DNA from: Octopus vulgaris
Taxonomy: Eukaryota
Length of the DNA stretch: 64,000 bases
Direction of reading: 5' to 3'
NCBI GenBank assembly: GCA_951406725.2
Contig: OX597843.1
Location: forward strand, 18,972,001-19,036,000
Shown: piece by piece, positions 13,431-27,130 of the stretch
Numbering within the stretch: the first letter of the stretch is position 1
Layout of the letters: every line of letters begins with the position of its first letter
Translations under genes and position numbers: made by a program
The notes under the pieces: model-generated
What the model saw: the letters and a program-made list of their open reading frames with translations, nothing else
The model's database searches: none
What the model was told of the DNA's origin: nothing

Positions 13431-13800
13431 AACCACCGTATGAATCTTTCCTGTGACATTCTAATCACGTGTTCAAAGTCAAAGCTTGACCTGGAGAGAC
13501 TTCCTAAGACTACAGACATTACCCAACCGTTCTGTTCGTGGCCTACTCCTACGACTGCTGACGGTTCGCTCGACTTGAAGAATCCGTTTTGCGATTCTTT
13601 CCCGCTTGTCGATTCCATTTGAAGAATTTATCAGGCAATTCTTTCCAGCGGTATTTTAATCACATGTCTATAGCACCAGAGAAGTGACATTCTAATGCTG
13701 AGAAGAAGAGGCTTGACTTTGGTCTACCGTTAAGTTTTCTGACCCTATATATATATATAAGTATATATACGTACGAATATATATTGTCTTTGTCTTCCAG

Positions 13801-13881
13801 GCGAATTTGATGTACAGCCAAAGGAAATTCCGTCAATTTACCAAAGATATCAGCCACTATTCAGACGAATTCATCACAATG
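13801..13881 (+). CDS. TRPC-like channel exon (ANLMYSQRKFRQFTKDISHYSDEFITM)
   Basis: Acceptor tgtcttccag, donor ATG/gtaagt, 81 nt, phase 0-0. Confidence 0.7.
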
Positions 13882-13892
13882 GTAAGTTAACC

Positions 13893-13960
<68 letters not shown>

Positions 13961-14057
13961 TTTCCGTATTTCTTTAGTTTTGTTTTTGTCTGTTTTGGCG
14001 GTTTCAGAAGAGGAAGGCAAAAGGTCGCGGGATCTTCAGTGAATCATTTTTCAAATT

Positions 14058-14472
14058 ATACATACATACATACATACATACATACATGCATACATACATA
14101 CACATACATACATACATACATACATACATACATACATACATACCTACATACATACACATACATACATACATACACACACACATACATACACACATACATA
14201 CATACATACATACACACACACATACATACATACATACATACACACACACATACATACATACATACATACATACATACATACATACATACATACATACATA
14301 CATACATACATACATACATACACACACATACATACATACATACATACATACATACATACACACACACATACATACATACATACATACATACATACACACA
14401 TACATACATACATACATACATACATACACACACACATACATACATACATACATACATACATACATACATACA
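14058..14472. repeat. (CATA)n/(CA)n microsatellite
   Basis: Read directly. Confidence 0.95.
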
Positions 14473-14939
14473 TTCTAGACTCCATATCCAAACCATCATT
14501 GGAACTGTAAAAATCTGTGAAACTTTCCAGAGTTTTATCATTTAAGTATACATGAGTGTCTTGATACGCAATTATATGCATGAGAAGACATACATAAAAC
14601 CTAACTTACAAATCTGCACGTATATTCAAATACATACACACATGCATTCAAATACATACACACATACATATATGCATATATGTGCATGTATATGCGTATG
14701 TATATGTGTGTGCATGTGTGTATAGGTGTTTGCGTATATGTGTGTGTCTTTGTTCCCCCACGGCTTCACAACCAGTGTTGGTTTGTTTACATCCCTGTAA
14801 CTTAGTGGTTTGGCATAACATATCGATAAACTATGTACCAGACTTGAAAGTGTAACTACTGGAGTTGATTTAATGACCAAAACCCTTGAAAGGGCCGCGC
14901 TCCTCGAACTTAGAACTTCCTTCTCTTTCTTTTCGACAG

Positions 14940-15098
14940 CAAAATGATGACGTGATCGAATTCATTGAGAAATCCGAATTAGGGGATTATCCGGGGCTGG
15001 TCCGTCTTTTCGAAAGGAACCCAGATATTGACGTGAACAGCGTCGATGCCCTGGGGCGGAACGCCCTCACCCTTGCCATTAAGAACGAACATCTCGAG
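14940..15098 (+). CDS. TRPC-like channel exon, first ankyrin repeats
   Basis: Acceptor ttttcgacag, donor GAG/gtactg, 159 nt. Encodes ...IDVNSVDALGRNALTLAIKNEHLE, the TRPC N-terminal ankyrin motif. Confidence 0.9.
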
Positions 15099-15136
15099 GT
15101 ACTGTATTATTGTCATCGTCGTCGTCGTCGTCGTCG

Positions 15137-15174
<38 letters not shown>

Positions 15175-15190
15175 GTCGTCGTCGTCGTCG

Positions 15191-15231
<41 letters not shown>

Positions 15232-15233
<2 letters not shown>

Positions 15234-15420
15234 CTCCGAGCAAAATGCTTAGCGGTATTTCGTCCGTCCTTACGTTCCGAGTTCAAATTCCGCAGAGGTT
15301 GACTTTGCCTTTCATCCTTTCGGGGTCGAAAAATTAAGTACCAGTTACGCACTGGGGTCTATGTGATCGATTTCCTCCCTCCCTCCAAATTTAAGGCCTT
15401 CTGTCTATACTAGAAAGGAT
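15232..15420 (+). mobile_element. tRNA-derived SINE family C
   Basis: gagttcaaattccg...gactttgcctttcatcctttcggggtcga...aagtaccagt, shared with 41400-41730 and 49890-50090. Confidence 0.75.
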
Positions 15421-15430
15421 TCTGCTTCTT

Positions 15431-15479
15431 ATCATCATCATCATCATCATCATCGTCATCATCATCATCATCATCATCG

Positions 15480-15550
<71 letters not shown>

Positions 15551-15551
15551 G

Positions 15552-15604
<53 letters not shown>

Positions 15605-15644
15605 GTCATCATCATCCTCCTCCTCCTCCTCATCATCATCATCG

Positions 15645-15703
<59 letters not shown>

Positions 15704-15704
15704 G

Positions 15705-15769
<65 letters not shown>

Positions 15770-15891
15770 GTCATCGTAATAATCATCATCATCATCGTCA
15801 TCATCATCGTAATCATCATCATCATCATCATCATCGTCATCATCATCATCGTCATCATCATCATCATCATCATCGTCATCATCATCATCGT

Positions 15892-15925
<34 letters not shown>

Positions 15926-16010
15926 GTCATCGTAATAATCATCATCATCATCGTCATCATCATCATCGTAATCATCATCATCATCATCATCATCGTCATC
16001 ATCATCATCG

Positions 16011-16060
<50 letters not shown>

Positions 16061-16119
16061 GTCATCATCATCATCATCATCATCGTCATCATCATCATCA
16101 TCATCATCGTCATCATCAG

Positions 16120-16174
<55 letters not shown>

Positions 16175-16224
16175 GTCATCATCATCATCGTCATCATCAT
16201 CATCATCATCATCGTCATCATCAG

Positions 16225-16261
<37 letters not shown>

Positions 16262-16262
16262 G

Positions 16263-16309
<47 letters not shown>

Positions 16310-16350
16310 GTCATCATCATCATCATCATCATCAATCATCATCATCATCA
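15431..16350. repeat. About 0.9 kb (CAT)n microsatellite inside a TRPC intron
   Basis: Read directly. It produces the poly-M and poly-D ORFs. Confidence 0.95.
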
Positions 16351-16383
16351 TTATTACCATTATTTCTGTTGATATTTTAACAG

Positions 16384-16881
16384 ATCGTCGAATTCTTGCT
16401 CGACCGCACAAAACTGGAAGACATCCAACAGGCAGCCCTTCTAGCCATCAACCTCGGCCACGTGCAGGTAGCCCAGGGGATCTTGACACACAGACGCTAT
16501 CTCCAAATGTGGAACCAACGCAAAAAAATCGGTGCCGACGAATACGATTTTTACCAAATGTCTTCCGATTCGGGTCTCCATTTCTCCGAAGAAACAACCC
16601 CCATAATCCTTGCTGCCCAGAAAAACATGTTCAAGGTCGTGCAATTGTTATTAGATCGTGGCGAATTTATACATATCCCGCACAAATATAATTGCCAGTG
16701 TACAGAATGCTTGAATCGGGTGAAGTTTGACCATTTGAGGGCGGCCAAAATCCGGCTCAACAGCTACAAAGGTTTGGCCAGTGAAGCCTATATATCTCTG
16801 TCCAGTAAGGACCCGATTCTCAGAGCTTTTACTTTGTCTAAGGAACTTCGCCATATGGCAGACATGCAGAAATTTTTTAAA
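16384..16881 (+). CDS. TRPC-like channel exon: ankyrin repeats and TRP_2 zinc-binding motif
   Basis: Acceptor ttttaacag, donor AAA/gtaagt, 498 nt. Encodes TPIILAAQKN...PHKYNCQCTEC...RLNSYKGLASEAYISLSSKDPILRAFTLSKEL, diagnostic of TRPC/TRP/TRPL. Confidence 0.95.
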
Positions 16882-17273
16882 GTAAGTCCGTTTCTGGTTT
16901 AGCACATAATCTCACCATGACCACCACAACCACCACCACCACCACCACCACCACAACCACCACCACCACCACCACAACCACCACCACCACCACTACAACC
17001 ACCACCACCACCACCACCATCACCACCACCCCACCACCACTATCCCATCTCCACACACAATCTCCCTTTTCTTCTTTCTCTCTTCATTCCCTCTCTTCCT
17101 CGCTCCTTCACTCAACCCTCTTTCTATCCCCTCCTTCTTCTCCCCCTCTCTACTCATTCCCTCTCCACCAACATAAACCATGCCCATTGCCCATTGCCCC
17201 TCCGACCCGTCCTAGATCTCCTAATCCCAGCCGCAATTCCATCCTTAACCCAAATGTCCTCCTAACCTTACAG

Positions 17274-17447
17274 AAAGACTACAATGAGTTGGCTGCCAGA
17301 CTCAGTAGCTTCGTGGTTCTGTTGCTCGACCAGATACAAACACAGGAGGAACTTGAACTGATTGTCAACAAAGTTGGCAAAAGTGAAGACGAACTTTACG
17401 AACAGTTTGGTCGCTTGAAGCTGGCGCTTCGCTATGGCGAGAAAAAG
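17274..17447 (+). CDS. TRPC-like channel exon (linker helices)
   Basis: Acceptor ccttacag, donor AAG/gtaagg, 174 nt. Encodes KDYNELA...LLDQ...EELELIVN...RLKLALRYGEKK. Confidence 0.92.
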
Positions 17448-17686
17448 GTAAGGATTTCTCTCAGAGTGGGGCTGGTGCCTAGTGGTTGTTTTAAGAACCT
17501 TACCGTTGTAGTGATATGTGTTCACATATATGTATGAATATATTGCAGAATATTTGATGAACCGCTAAGTTTTGTGGACATAAACATACCAACTTCGGTT
17601 GTCAAGCGATGGTGTGGGCACAAACACTGACACAAAGAATTACACATTAATAAATATACATACATATATATACACACATATGTATG

Positions 17687-17721
<35 letters not shown>

Positions 17722-17723
<2 letters not shown>

Positions 17724-17915
17724 CGGGAAGGTTTACGAAAATAAACAAAAGACGTAGGCAGGTGGAGTACAAACAAACAATGTGTTAGTATGGCGCTCAG
17801 GAATAGAAATAAAACAAGTCTTTTACGTTTCGAGTCTACGCTCTTCAACAGAAAGATACACAGAAAAGAAACAAGGCGAGAAAAAATGCGTGTAGGAGCT
17901 AACGATCCAACATGG

Positions 17916-17917
<2 letters not shown>
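17722..17917 (-). mobile_element. Solo pLTR-like copy of the 3' end of the PLE at 1905-3590
   Basis: Reverse complement matches 3460-3590 (ctgttgaagagcgtagactcgaaacgtaaaa...ttttcgtaaaccttccc) and is flanked by (TA)n. Confidence 0.7.
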
Positions 17918-17967
<50 letters not shown>

Positions 17968-17969
<2 letters not shown>

Positions 17970-18180
17970 TCTTTTACTTGTTTCAGTCTTTTGACTGCGG
18001 CCATGCTGGAGCACCGCCTTTAATCGAGCAACTCGACCCGGGGACTTATTCTTTGTAAGCCCAGTACTTATTCTATCGGTCTCTTTTGCCGAATCGCTAA
18101 GTGACGGGGACATAAACACACCAGCATCGGTTGTCAAGCAATGCTAGGGGGATAAACACAGACACCCAAACATACACGCA
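17968..18180 (-). mobile_element. SINE family A, 3' half
   Basis: Near-identical to 8911-9130. Confidence 0.9.
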
Positions 18181-18185
18181 CACAC

Positions 18186-18251
<66 letters not shown>

Positions 18252-18289
18252 TTATCTAGTTTCAGCTCACAAGCTGTGGCCATGCTGGG

Positions 18290-20580
18290 GCTCCGCCATT
18301 TGGTGTTGCTACATGATTTTACTTCACGAGTGCTTTTTAGCAATTGCCATTTGGTGCATGAGAGAGTACGATGCAGCTGCTCTCATCTGCACCTCCTGCC
18401 GTGAAGTTGGTTCATCTGGGACACCTGACAGGAAGAGATCCAGTTTCATTTTAAAGACATCTGCGTCCACCCCATGCATGTCTCTTAGGTTCTTCGGGAG
18501 GATATTGAAGAGCTGTGGGCCTCGGAAGCCCAGGCTATCACAGTATCTTGTCCTACATCTTGATGGCAAATTTGGAGTCCTTGGCTCTATGCAGTGGCGC
18601 CCAGTTCTGGCATTTGTGTAACTCTCGATGCCAAAGTTTGGGACAAGTCCCTCCAGGATCTTCCAGATGTATATTATGGCATATCTTTCTCGCCTACGCT
18701 CTAAGGAATAGAGTCTCAATCTCTTGAGTCTTTCCCAATAGCATATATACTACACAGAGGCTATCTTCTTCGTGTAGCTTCGTTGGATCGCCTCAAGTTC
18801 TGTGATTAACTTGACACTGGATGGTGACCATAGCTGAGAGCAATAGTCAAAGTGGCTTAGGACAAGTGTCCTCCAAAGGACCATCATGGTTTCCTGATCT
18901 CTTGTTCTGAAGGTTCTAAGAATCCATCCGGTCAGCCGCCTACATTTCATTGCCAATTTAGCAACATGCACATGAAAGGTTGCATCATCACTCATGTAAA
19001 TACCCAGGTCTCGCACTGATTGTGCCTCTGGGATTGTAGTCCCTCTAGATCCAGTGTATTTATTGGGTATTGCATTTAGTTTTGCGTGCTGATAGCATAG
19101 AGCTTGAAACTTTTCAGCATTGAACTGCATGCTATTCTTTTCAGCACACTTGTATATTTTGTCCAGCTCACATTGCAGGTGCTTCATGTCTTCAGGGTTC
19201 TGTATTGCCTGTGAAACGTTTGTATCATTTGCATAACTTGTGATTGTGACTCTCTGCGTGACTGAGGGCATGTCTGAGAGGGCCATTATGAACAGTAGTG
19301 GTCCCAAAACAGTGCCTTGCGGAACACCGATCACTATTTGCATGTTAATACTACCACCTGACTTCTATCCTTCAGAAAGTCATGAAGCCATTCTCCCAAT
19401 TTTCCAACTATGCCAAGATCACGCAGTTTGTGACATAGCATTCCGTGATCGACTTTATCAAAGGCCTTTGCAAAGTCGAGATATATGACTTCCACATTTG
19501 AGTGGTTGAGCAGTCGTTCCAGCACCCAGTTATAGTGTTGTAGGAGCTGAGTTAAGCAGCTTCTTCCTGATCGGAAACCATGTTGGGTGTCCGGCAGCGA
19601 GTCATTTTCTTCAAGGAAGGTGATTAGTTTCCTTCTGACTATTCGTTCCATGACCTTGCTGATGTGTGAGGTCAGAGAGATAGGTCTGTAGTTCTTGGCC
19701 TCCGCTCTGTTACCTCCTTTATGAATAGGGCATATTTTACCTTCCTTCAGTTTTCTTGGAAGTTTGCCAGTTGCAAGGAAGCTCTGAAAGAGGAACTGCA
19801 ATGGTCTTGCTAGGACTCTCTTACATACTTTTAGAAGGATTGCGGGGAATCCATCGGGGCCAGTAGCTGAGTTTGTTTTCATTTCATCTATAGCCTTTAT
19901 TACATCGTCTTCCTTTATATTGATGTAATCAATCATCGCTGCCTCTGATTCTATATCTGCAGTGGTAAAGAAGTCAGTTGGATTGCTGACTTGAAAATGC
20001 CCAAGGGGTGGCGTGAAAATACTCTTGAATTGCTCATTTAGTATTTCACTTACCCTCATTGGATTTCCTGTGAGTGTGCCATCCTTTTCAAGGAGTGGCC
20101 CTATCCTACAGTGCACCGTAGCTGTTTCTTTGGCATACCTGTAGAAAGCTCTGGGGTTAGATTTTATGTTGTCTATAGCCAAGGCTTCTTTGTCTGCTCT
20201 TTCTTTTTCATGGGAGAGTTGCAGACATTTTTCAATTTCCAACAGTTTTATTTTCAGGCGGGACTTTTCACTGCTTTCAATTTGTTTGTTTAGACAATTT
20301 GAGATTTTTGTACGCCGTCTCATTAGAATTTTCCTCTCTCTGGGGATTTTGTTCTTGTGTACAGTGGCCTTTCTCTCTGGGACACATTTGTAGCATATGG
20401 CTTGCATTACAGACATGAATTGTTGAAGTTTCACGTCGATGTCTGGCGAGGAGAGACATTCAGGCCAGTTTTGTTTGAGGATCTCTTTCTCAATTTGTTT
20501 CCAGTTTGCCTTATGGAAGTTCAAGCTGGAAAGATTCTGAGAGTTTCTTGTAGGCTGCATGTCCATGCTTTCCTTTGGCC
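18290..20580 (-). mobile_element. CR1-like LINE, 5'-truncated and frameshifted (RT and 3' end)
   Basis: GPDG...NYRPISLTSHISKVMER...QHGFRSGRSCLTQL...YLDFAKAFDKVDH, GVPQGTVLGPLLF, YAND (decayed YADD), YSLERRRERY. Confidence 0.92.
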
Positions 20581-20930
20581 CGTATATACACATATACGAC
20601 GGGCTTCTTTCAGTTTCCGTCAACCAAATCCACTCACAAGGCTTTGGTAGGCCCAAGGATACAGTAGAAGACACTTGCCCAAGGTGCCACGCAGTGGGAT
20701 TGAACCCGGAACCATGTGGTTGGTAAGCAATCTACTTAGCACACAGCCACTCCTTAATATATATATACATATATACGACGGGCTTCTTTCAGTTTCCGTC
20801 TACCAAATCCACTCACAAGGCTTTGGTAGGCCCAAGGATACAGTAGAAGACACTTGCCCAAGGTGCCACGCAGTGGGACTGAACCCGGAACCATGTGGTT
20901 GGTAAACAAGCTACTTACCACACAGCCAAT
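20581..20930 (-). mobile_element. Two tandem 5' halves of SINE family A
   Basis: Near-identical units at 20595-20753 and 20774-20928. Confidence 0.9.
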
Positions 20931-21591
20931 CGTGATGCACCCTCGTGCATTAAATACGGTGATGTACCCCTGAAATGGCCATAGAGAATGTAAATATGGT
21001 TTCTTTTTGCTTGGACACTGGCTTTTAACAATAGGTTTCTCTTACCTTGAAAAGTAATTTTTAATCGAAAAAATTTCTAAACGATGAACTTTTATCTTAC
21101 CTTATATATTATATATTATTTATTTATATACTTCCTATATATATATGTATTTTTATATCTGTATATTTATATATTTCTTTATATTTTTATGTATTTATTA
21201 TTCTAGATGTTGTAATGTTAAAAGAAAATATATTTTTTAGTCGCTAAATTATTAATCATTAACTTTTAACCGCGATGGACTGTATTCACACATTTTTCTT
21301 CTATTTTTCTTATATACTTGTATTGATGAGTTGTGCTTCATCTTCCGTATATTCTACGTGAAAGAAGAAGCATTATGTGATTAAATGTTGGAGATATGAA
21401 ATGTTACGTGGATGACCCTGTATTTGTTATGTTCTGCAACCATAGTTTAATATATTTCTCTCGTTCAATTGAGCACTTCTATAGCAGTCCTATTAAACAT
21501 TTTGTTCCTTATAAGAAACAATCACTTTATTATTAATATTATATATACATATATATATTTACACGTGCACACATATATATGTATGCATGTC

Positions 21592-21645
<54 letters not shown>

Positions 21646-22512
21646 TATATATACTAATTCATATCTATAATGTATAATTTATAAATTTTAATTCTTGATA
21701 TTACAAAGTATAATTTTAATTTTTAATTTTTTTTTAATCTTTAACGCTTAATTGTATTGCTTATTTTTTAAAGGGATGTAAAATTAGATATATAATATTT
21801 TGAAGATGTGTTGGAAAAATTGTAAATCTGACGATTGCATATATGTATTTATATATGTATATATATATATATATGTGATAAATAAAAATATATGCATACA
21901 TACAAACATATATGTACGTACCTACATCTACATGTATATATATACATGCATATATAAATAATTATACGTGAGTACAGGACACCACAACAAAACGTAGAAA
22001 CGGGAAAAACAAGAAAACAGTTACAGGACGTGCTACACAAGGAAAAACACCGTCATCAGCTGTCGCTAGTAGACTCAAGCGTGTTTCGAAGGCAAGACAG
22101 AACACTAATCCACTAGGCCTTCCTGCGAGAGAATTAAAATAAAATTCCAAGCAGCGGGGTAAAATGAGTACGAACACGAACAGGACGTAACAATAAAACT
22201 GTAAAAATAAAAATGTACAAAAAAATACAAATAAATACAAAACGAGAAAATAAAAAGAGAATACGATACGGGAAATCAAACACACAAGTGAACAAACGAA
22301 AAGCTTTTTTTCTGGCATAGACGGAAGATATTGTGGCAGCGCGTGGCAGGCAGTCTTTTCAGTAGTAGCAGCAGCGTGTGAAAGAAATTTTTATAGGCTG
22401 GCAGTAAGGAAGAAGGAAGGAGGAGGGGGACACGCGGCTGAGAGAGAGAGGAGGAAGAGTGGGAGGGAGAGAGAGTGGAGAGGGTAAAGCAAAGGGAGAG
22501 AATTCCGCGTCT

Positions 22513-22559
<47 letters not shown>

Positions 22560-22578
<19 letters not shown>

Positions 22579-24077
22579 TATATGCCATCCAAAACCCTAC
22601 AGGAAGAAGAAATCTCGAAGGCACCCAAGAGCAAATGTTGGGGATGACGGCAAAAACTGCCGGTTTACCCACCCGACACCCTGCCAGATCTACAGGGGCC
22701 TTAAAGAGAAAAACATTACTGAGGAAAGGCAAGAAATGTCTCCCAGGAAAACATTTAGAAAAAAGTGTGCTCTTCGGATGCTCTGCGCAACGCAGCAGCT
22801 GAGCAAGAGTCTTTTTTGTGCATGGCGCAAAGGATTGTCCAGCAGCTGACCTGGCTACGTCAAGCACAAACAAGGAACCTTGCCCAGCACTACTCAAGAC
22901 CACCACAGTCAACAGACACGGGATGGCCTCCCCTAACGCCTGCACAGTCGTCACCCCAATACTTTTACTAAATATTGGGGGCCTGTTGCATCAAAATAAA
23001 AGCAAAATTTCTTTCCTGAGAGATCTTAGTGCATGCAATCAAGCCCTATGCATAGCACTTATGGAAACTCCCCTCAGCCCTGATATAGAGGACGCAGAAG
23101 TACACATACCAAACTATGCCATACTGCGAACAGACAGAAGGGAAAGGAGCCATGGTGGAGTTGCTGTATACATCCGAGATGACCTCACACCCCAGGTCTT
23201 GATGACATACTCAAATTCGGTATGTGACACCTTAATTGTATACATAAGACAACATAATATAGTCATATGCAATACATATTGCCCACCGGATGCCCCAAAT
23301 CACATAGGCAAGTTTGAAGATTGCCTCACAAGAATTAATTAAATCCTAATGAATCTGGAACACCACGTGACCATATTTCTTATGGGTGATTTCAACTTCC
23401 CCAACGTCAAATGACCCGAAGGTCTCATACTCTCAGGAATGAGACTTTGCAAGCAAGCACAGGTGGAGTCCCTGTTCAACCTCATCAATGCCCTATTCAT
23501 GGAGTAAGTTGTACTCAAACCAACTAGGGCGAATAACATTCTGGATCTCTGCTTCACGAACAATATGGACATCATTCATGATGTGAAAGTGACACTGACA
23601 TTAGTCTCGGATCACAAAATAATAGAGCTGTCAATGTTTGGGCCGAAAGTAACCAGAGACATACAGCCTAAAGGAAGCACTCGAAATCTCTCCAATCTGA
23701 ACTTCCACAAAGCAGATTGGAAATCGATCCAAAAAGAGATCCTCAGAGAGGACTGGCCGAAATGTCTCTCCACACCAGACATTGACATGAAACTAGAATG
23801 TTTCATGTCTTCTGTGCAAGCCATATGCCAGAAATATGTCCCAGAGGACAAGGCCAAAACAAATAGGAGCAAGATTCCAAGAGACAGGAAGATCCTCATG
23901 AGACGACGGACGAAGGTTGCAAATCGTCTCATCCAACATCCTAAAAGTAGCGAAACGTCCCGCCTAAAAATAACACTGATGGAGATCGAAAAAAGGCTGC
24001 AACAATCCTATGTGAGGGAGAAAGCAGACAAAGAAGCCTGGGTTATAAAAAGGCCTTCTTTCATTACGCGAAAGAAA
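22560..24077 (+). mobile_element. CR1-like LINE 5' part: Cys/His-rich ORF1 remnant, apurinic endonuclease and linker, disrupted
   Basis: GKNCRFTHPTPC; LLNIGGL...IALMET...RTDRRERSHGGVAVYI; MGDFN; NILDLCFT; SDHKII; NFHKADW. Confidence 0.88.
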
Positions 24078-24448
24078 CGGCCCAAGGTTATAGTTGAAGA
24101 CACAAGGTGCCACGCAGTGAGACTGAACCCAGAACAGTGTTGTTGGGAAGTAAGCTTCTAACTGCACAGCCACGCCTGTGTCTATGTACACACACACACA
24201 CACAGATTTGTTTAATTAGTATTCAATACTTAGTGGTCTTTTGGGTGGGGAAGGAAAGGAATTTTTGTATTTGAATTAGTCAAGGATTTTTATTGAAAAC
24301 CCAGATGTTTTTTACTTTCTTCAGTAAAAATTACAATTGCATTTCCAGGTCTTGTTTTTTATTCGTTTGTAAAATTAAAGAATTGATGTATTGATTTTTT
24401 TTTTATTGAAATTCTAGATGTTTTTGAAGGAGTGATTTTTTAGTATAC

Positions 24449-24496
<48 letters not shown>

Positions 24497-25364
24497 GAGC
24501 AATTATATACATATATATACATCCTCAAAGACATCTATATATGTACATGTTCATATTTATACACACATACACACACCACATATGCATAAGTGCACATTAT
24601 GATTTTTAAAAAATAATTAATATAATTAAAGATTAACCTCTGTGGCTAAAAAAACTTGGAAAGTTTTGCTCATATCACTCACTCCTCTTCTTAATTTTTG
24701 TCCGAGTCTTTCAGACGGCAAAATGGAATTTTAAGAAAGCAATACACATCGCTGTCACAATTATATTTGCAAATCCATATTTTTCTGGTTGGCTGTTTTG
24801 TTTTCAATATATTTTAAAGCTCCAACCTAGAATTTTCTGAAGGAGAAAGAGAGCCAAATACAGAAGAGGGAAAGCAGCAGTTCTTAAAGAATTTCGGAAT
24901 CTGGAGTGTTTTGCAAAGTCCATCAACAATGTGGCAAAAAGGTTTTAGCAATGGTTGAGGTCATCTTTGACATATATTCAATCAAATTCCCTTCACATAT
25001 TCCCAAATGTTTCCCTTTCTTCATCCGTTTAATTTTGGTGAGAACTTCTTTATGAAGTGTAGCTCCATTGTTTTTCGGAAGTTTGGGTCGTTCCTTGAGC
25101 ATTTGTAGAAGGAGAAAATCTTCAGTTTTCCTTCTCCACTTATTTCCAAATGTTTGCTCAGTGGAATTTTCCAGAGTTCCTCTTGTCGGATGTGCTGTCT
25201 GTGGATTCTTGCGCATTGGCAAAGGGGATGATTAGTTCGCTAATATAATTCTCCTTGCATTTGGGGCAACTAATGCAGTATATGAGGTTTTGTGTCTTGC
25301 AGCTCATATTGTGCTGGGGGAGAACCTTCCCCGCCCCACCCTCCAGAAATGAATATATATAACA

Positions 25365-26039
25365 CTAGCAGTATCGCCCGGCGTTGCTCGGGTTTGTAAG
25401 GGAAATAACTATATAAGCATTTTTAGAGAGTTACTTCCCTTATAGATGCCAATTTGGGCTTTCTTAGCCATTTCTGTTTTGGTGTCTTCAAGCCATGAAG
25501 TCGTTGTTCTAAAAGAACGCTGGGAGGGAACGAGGGAGGGAAGAAGGGGGAGAAGCAAACAGGTGCAGCTGTGACCATGGACGCCAACTCCGCCGCCATC
25601 GACACACGAAAAATTATGCATTAAAATGGAATAAAAAATGATGTTAAATTATTTTTAAAATCGTAGACTCATCGTAGACGCGCGCTAATACTCAGACGGG
25701 CTTGATATGAATCACGACTATAAGATACCAGAATTTGGTTAAACTGCACCGCAAAATGTGGGAGTAGTTAGGAATCTAAATCGAAGGGGACAGACACTCA
25801 CACAACTACAGTTTTATATATATAGATTCTGCATTAAAATGAAATAAAAAATGATGTTAAATTATTTTTAAAATCGTAGACTCATTGTAGACGCGCGCTA
25901 ATAGCCAGACGGGCTCGATATGAATCACGACTATAAGATACCAGAATTTGGTTAAACTGCACCGCAAAATGTGGGAGTAGTTAGGAATCTAAATCGAAGG
26001 GGACAGACACTCACACAACTACAGTTTTATATATATAGA
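25365..26039 (-). mobile_element. Non-autonomous Helitron with a tandemly duplicated 210-bp 5' end
   Basis: Minus strand starts A/TCTATATATA and ends with the hairpin cccgagcaacgccggg followed by CTAG/T. 25617-25826 and 25830-26039 are near-identical. Confidence 0.85.
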
Positions 26040-26551
26040 TCTCTTCCAAGATGCTATATGCTAGGATCGAACCAAAGATCACACGGTTGCAAACTCGGTT
26101 TCTTAATCATTCTGCAATTATCTGTTAATGCGCGCATGCATCCACACACTTCTTCGTTTACCGCGTGAAATAAGGCCGTTATGTCACACACATATGTTGG
26201 TTAATTGAGCATTTTGTTTAATTGAGAATTATTTTAGGTTAATTTTATTTTGTTACGCGTCACAAGTGTTTTTGTGGCTTATTAACGCGGTTAGCTCGTG
26301 TGTGCATTCGTTTTCATGAAATACATTATGTTTGCATGTGTCTGTGTATATATACAGGCACGCATACACACATGCATAGATAAATAGATATACATATACA
26401 CACACACATGTGTATGTATGTATATATATATCTATATATATATATATATATATAATGTAATATATACACATATATTACATTATTTACATTCGAAACTATC
26501 CGTCCAATGAAAATAATGTCCATAATTCCTCATCTCTAAAATATAGAACAC

Positions 26552-26840
<289 letters not shown>

Positions 26841-26850
26841 ATATATATAT

Positions 26851-26887
<37 letters not shown>

Positions 26888-26974
26888 GAGAGAGAGAGAG
26901 AGAGAGAGAGAAAGCGAAAGGGAGAGAGAGAAAGAGTGAAAGTGACAAAGATAGATAGATAGATATATAGATAG

Positions 26975-27130
26975 ACGACAGGCTTCTTTCAGTTTCCGTC
27001 AACGAGATCCACTCACAAGGCTTTGGACGGCCTGGGGCTATGGTAGAAGAAACATGCCCAAGTTGCCACGCAGTGGGACTGAACCTGGGACCGTGTGGTT
27101 GGGAAGCAAGTTTCTTACCACTCAGCCACG
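26975..27130 (-). mobile_element. SINE family A, 5' half
   Basis: acgacaggcttctttcagtttccgtc...gccacgcagtgggactgaacc. Confidence 0.8.

Noticed and set aside
22050-22095. Permuted (type II-like) hammerhead on the minus strand: GAAAC...GTC...CTGATGA
   Set aside because: Core words are present, but stems I and II pair too poorly to support a call from one copy.
24700-25320. Minus-strand 99-aa ORF and hydrophobic fragments as possible channel exons
   Set aside because: Wrong strand for the TRP gene, interrupted by stops, and without splice sites. It is probably an old LINE relic that I cannot classify.
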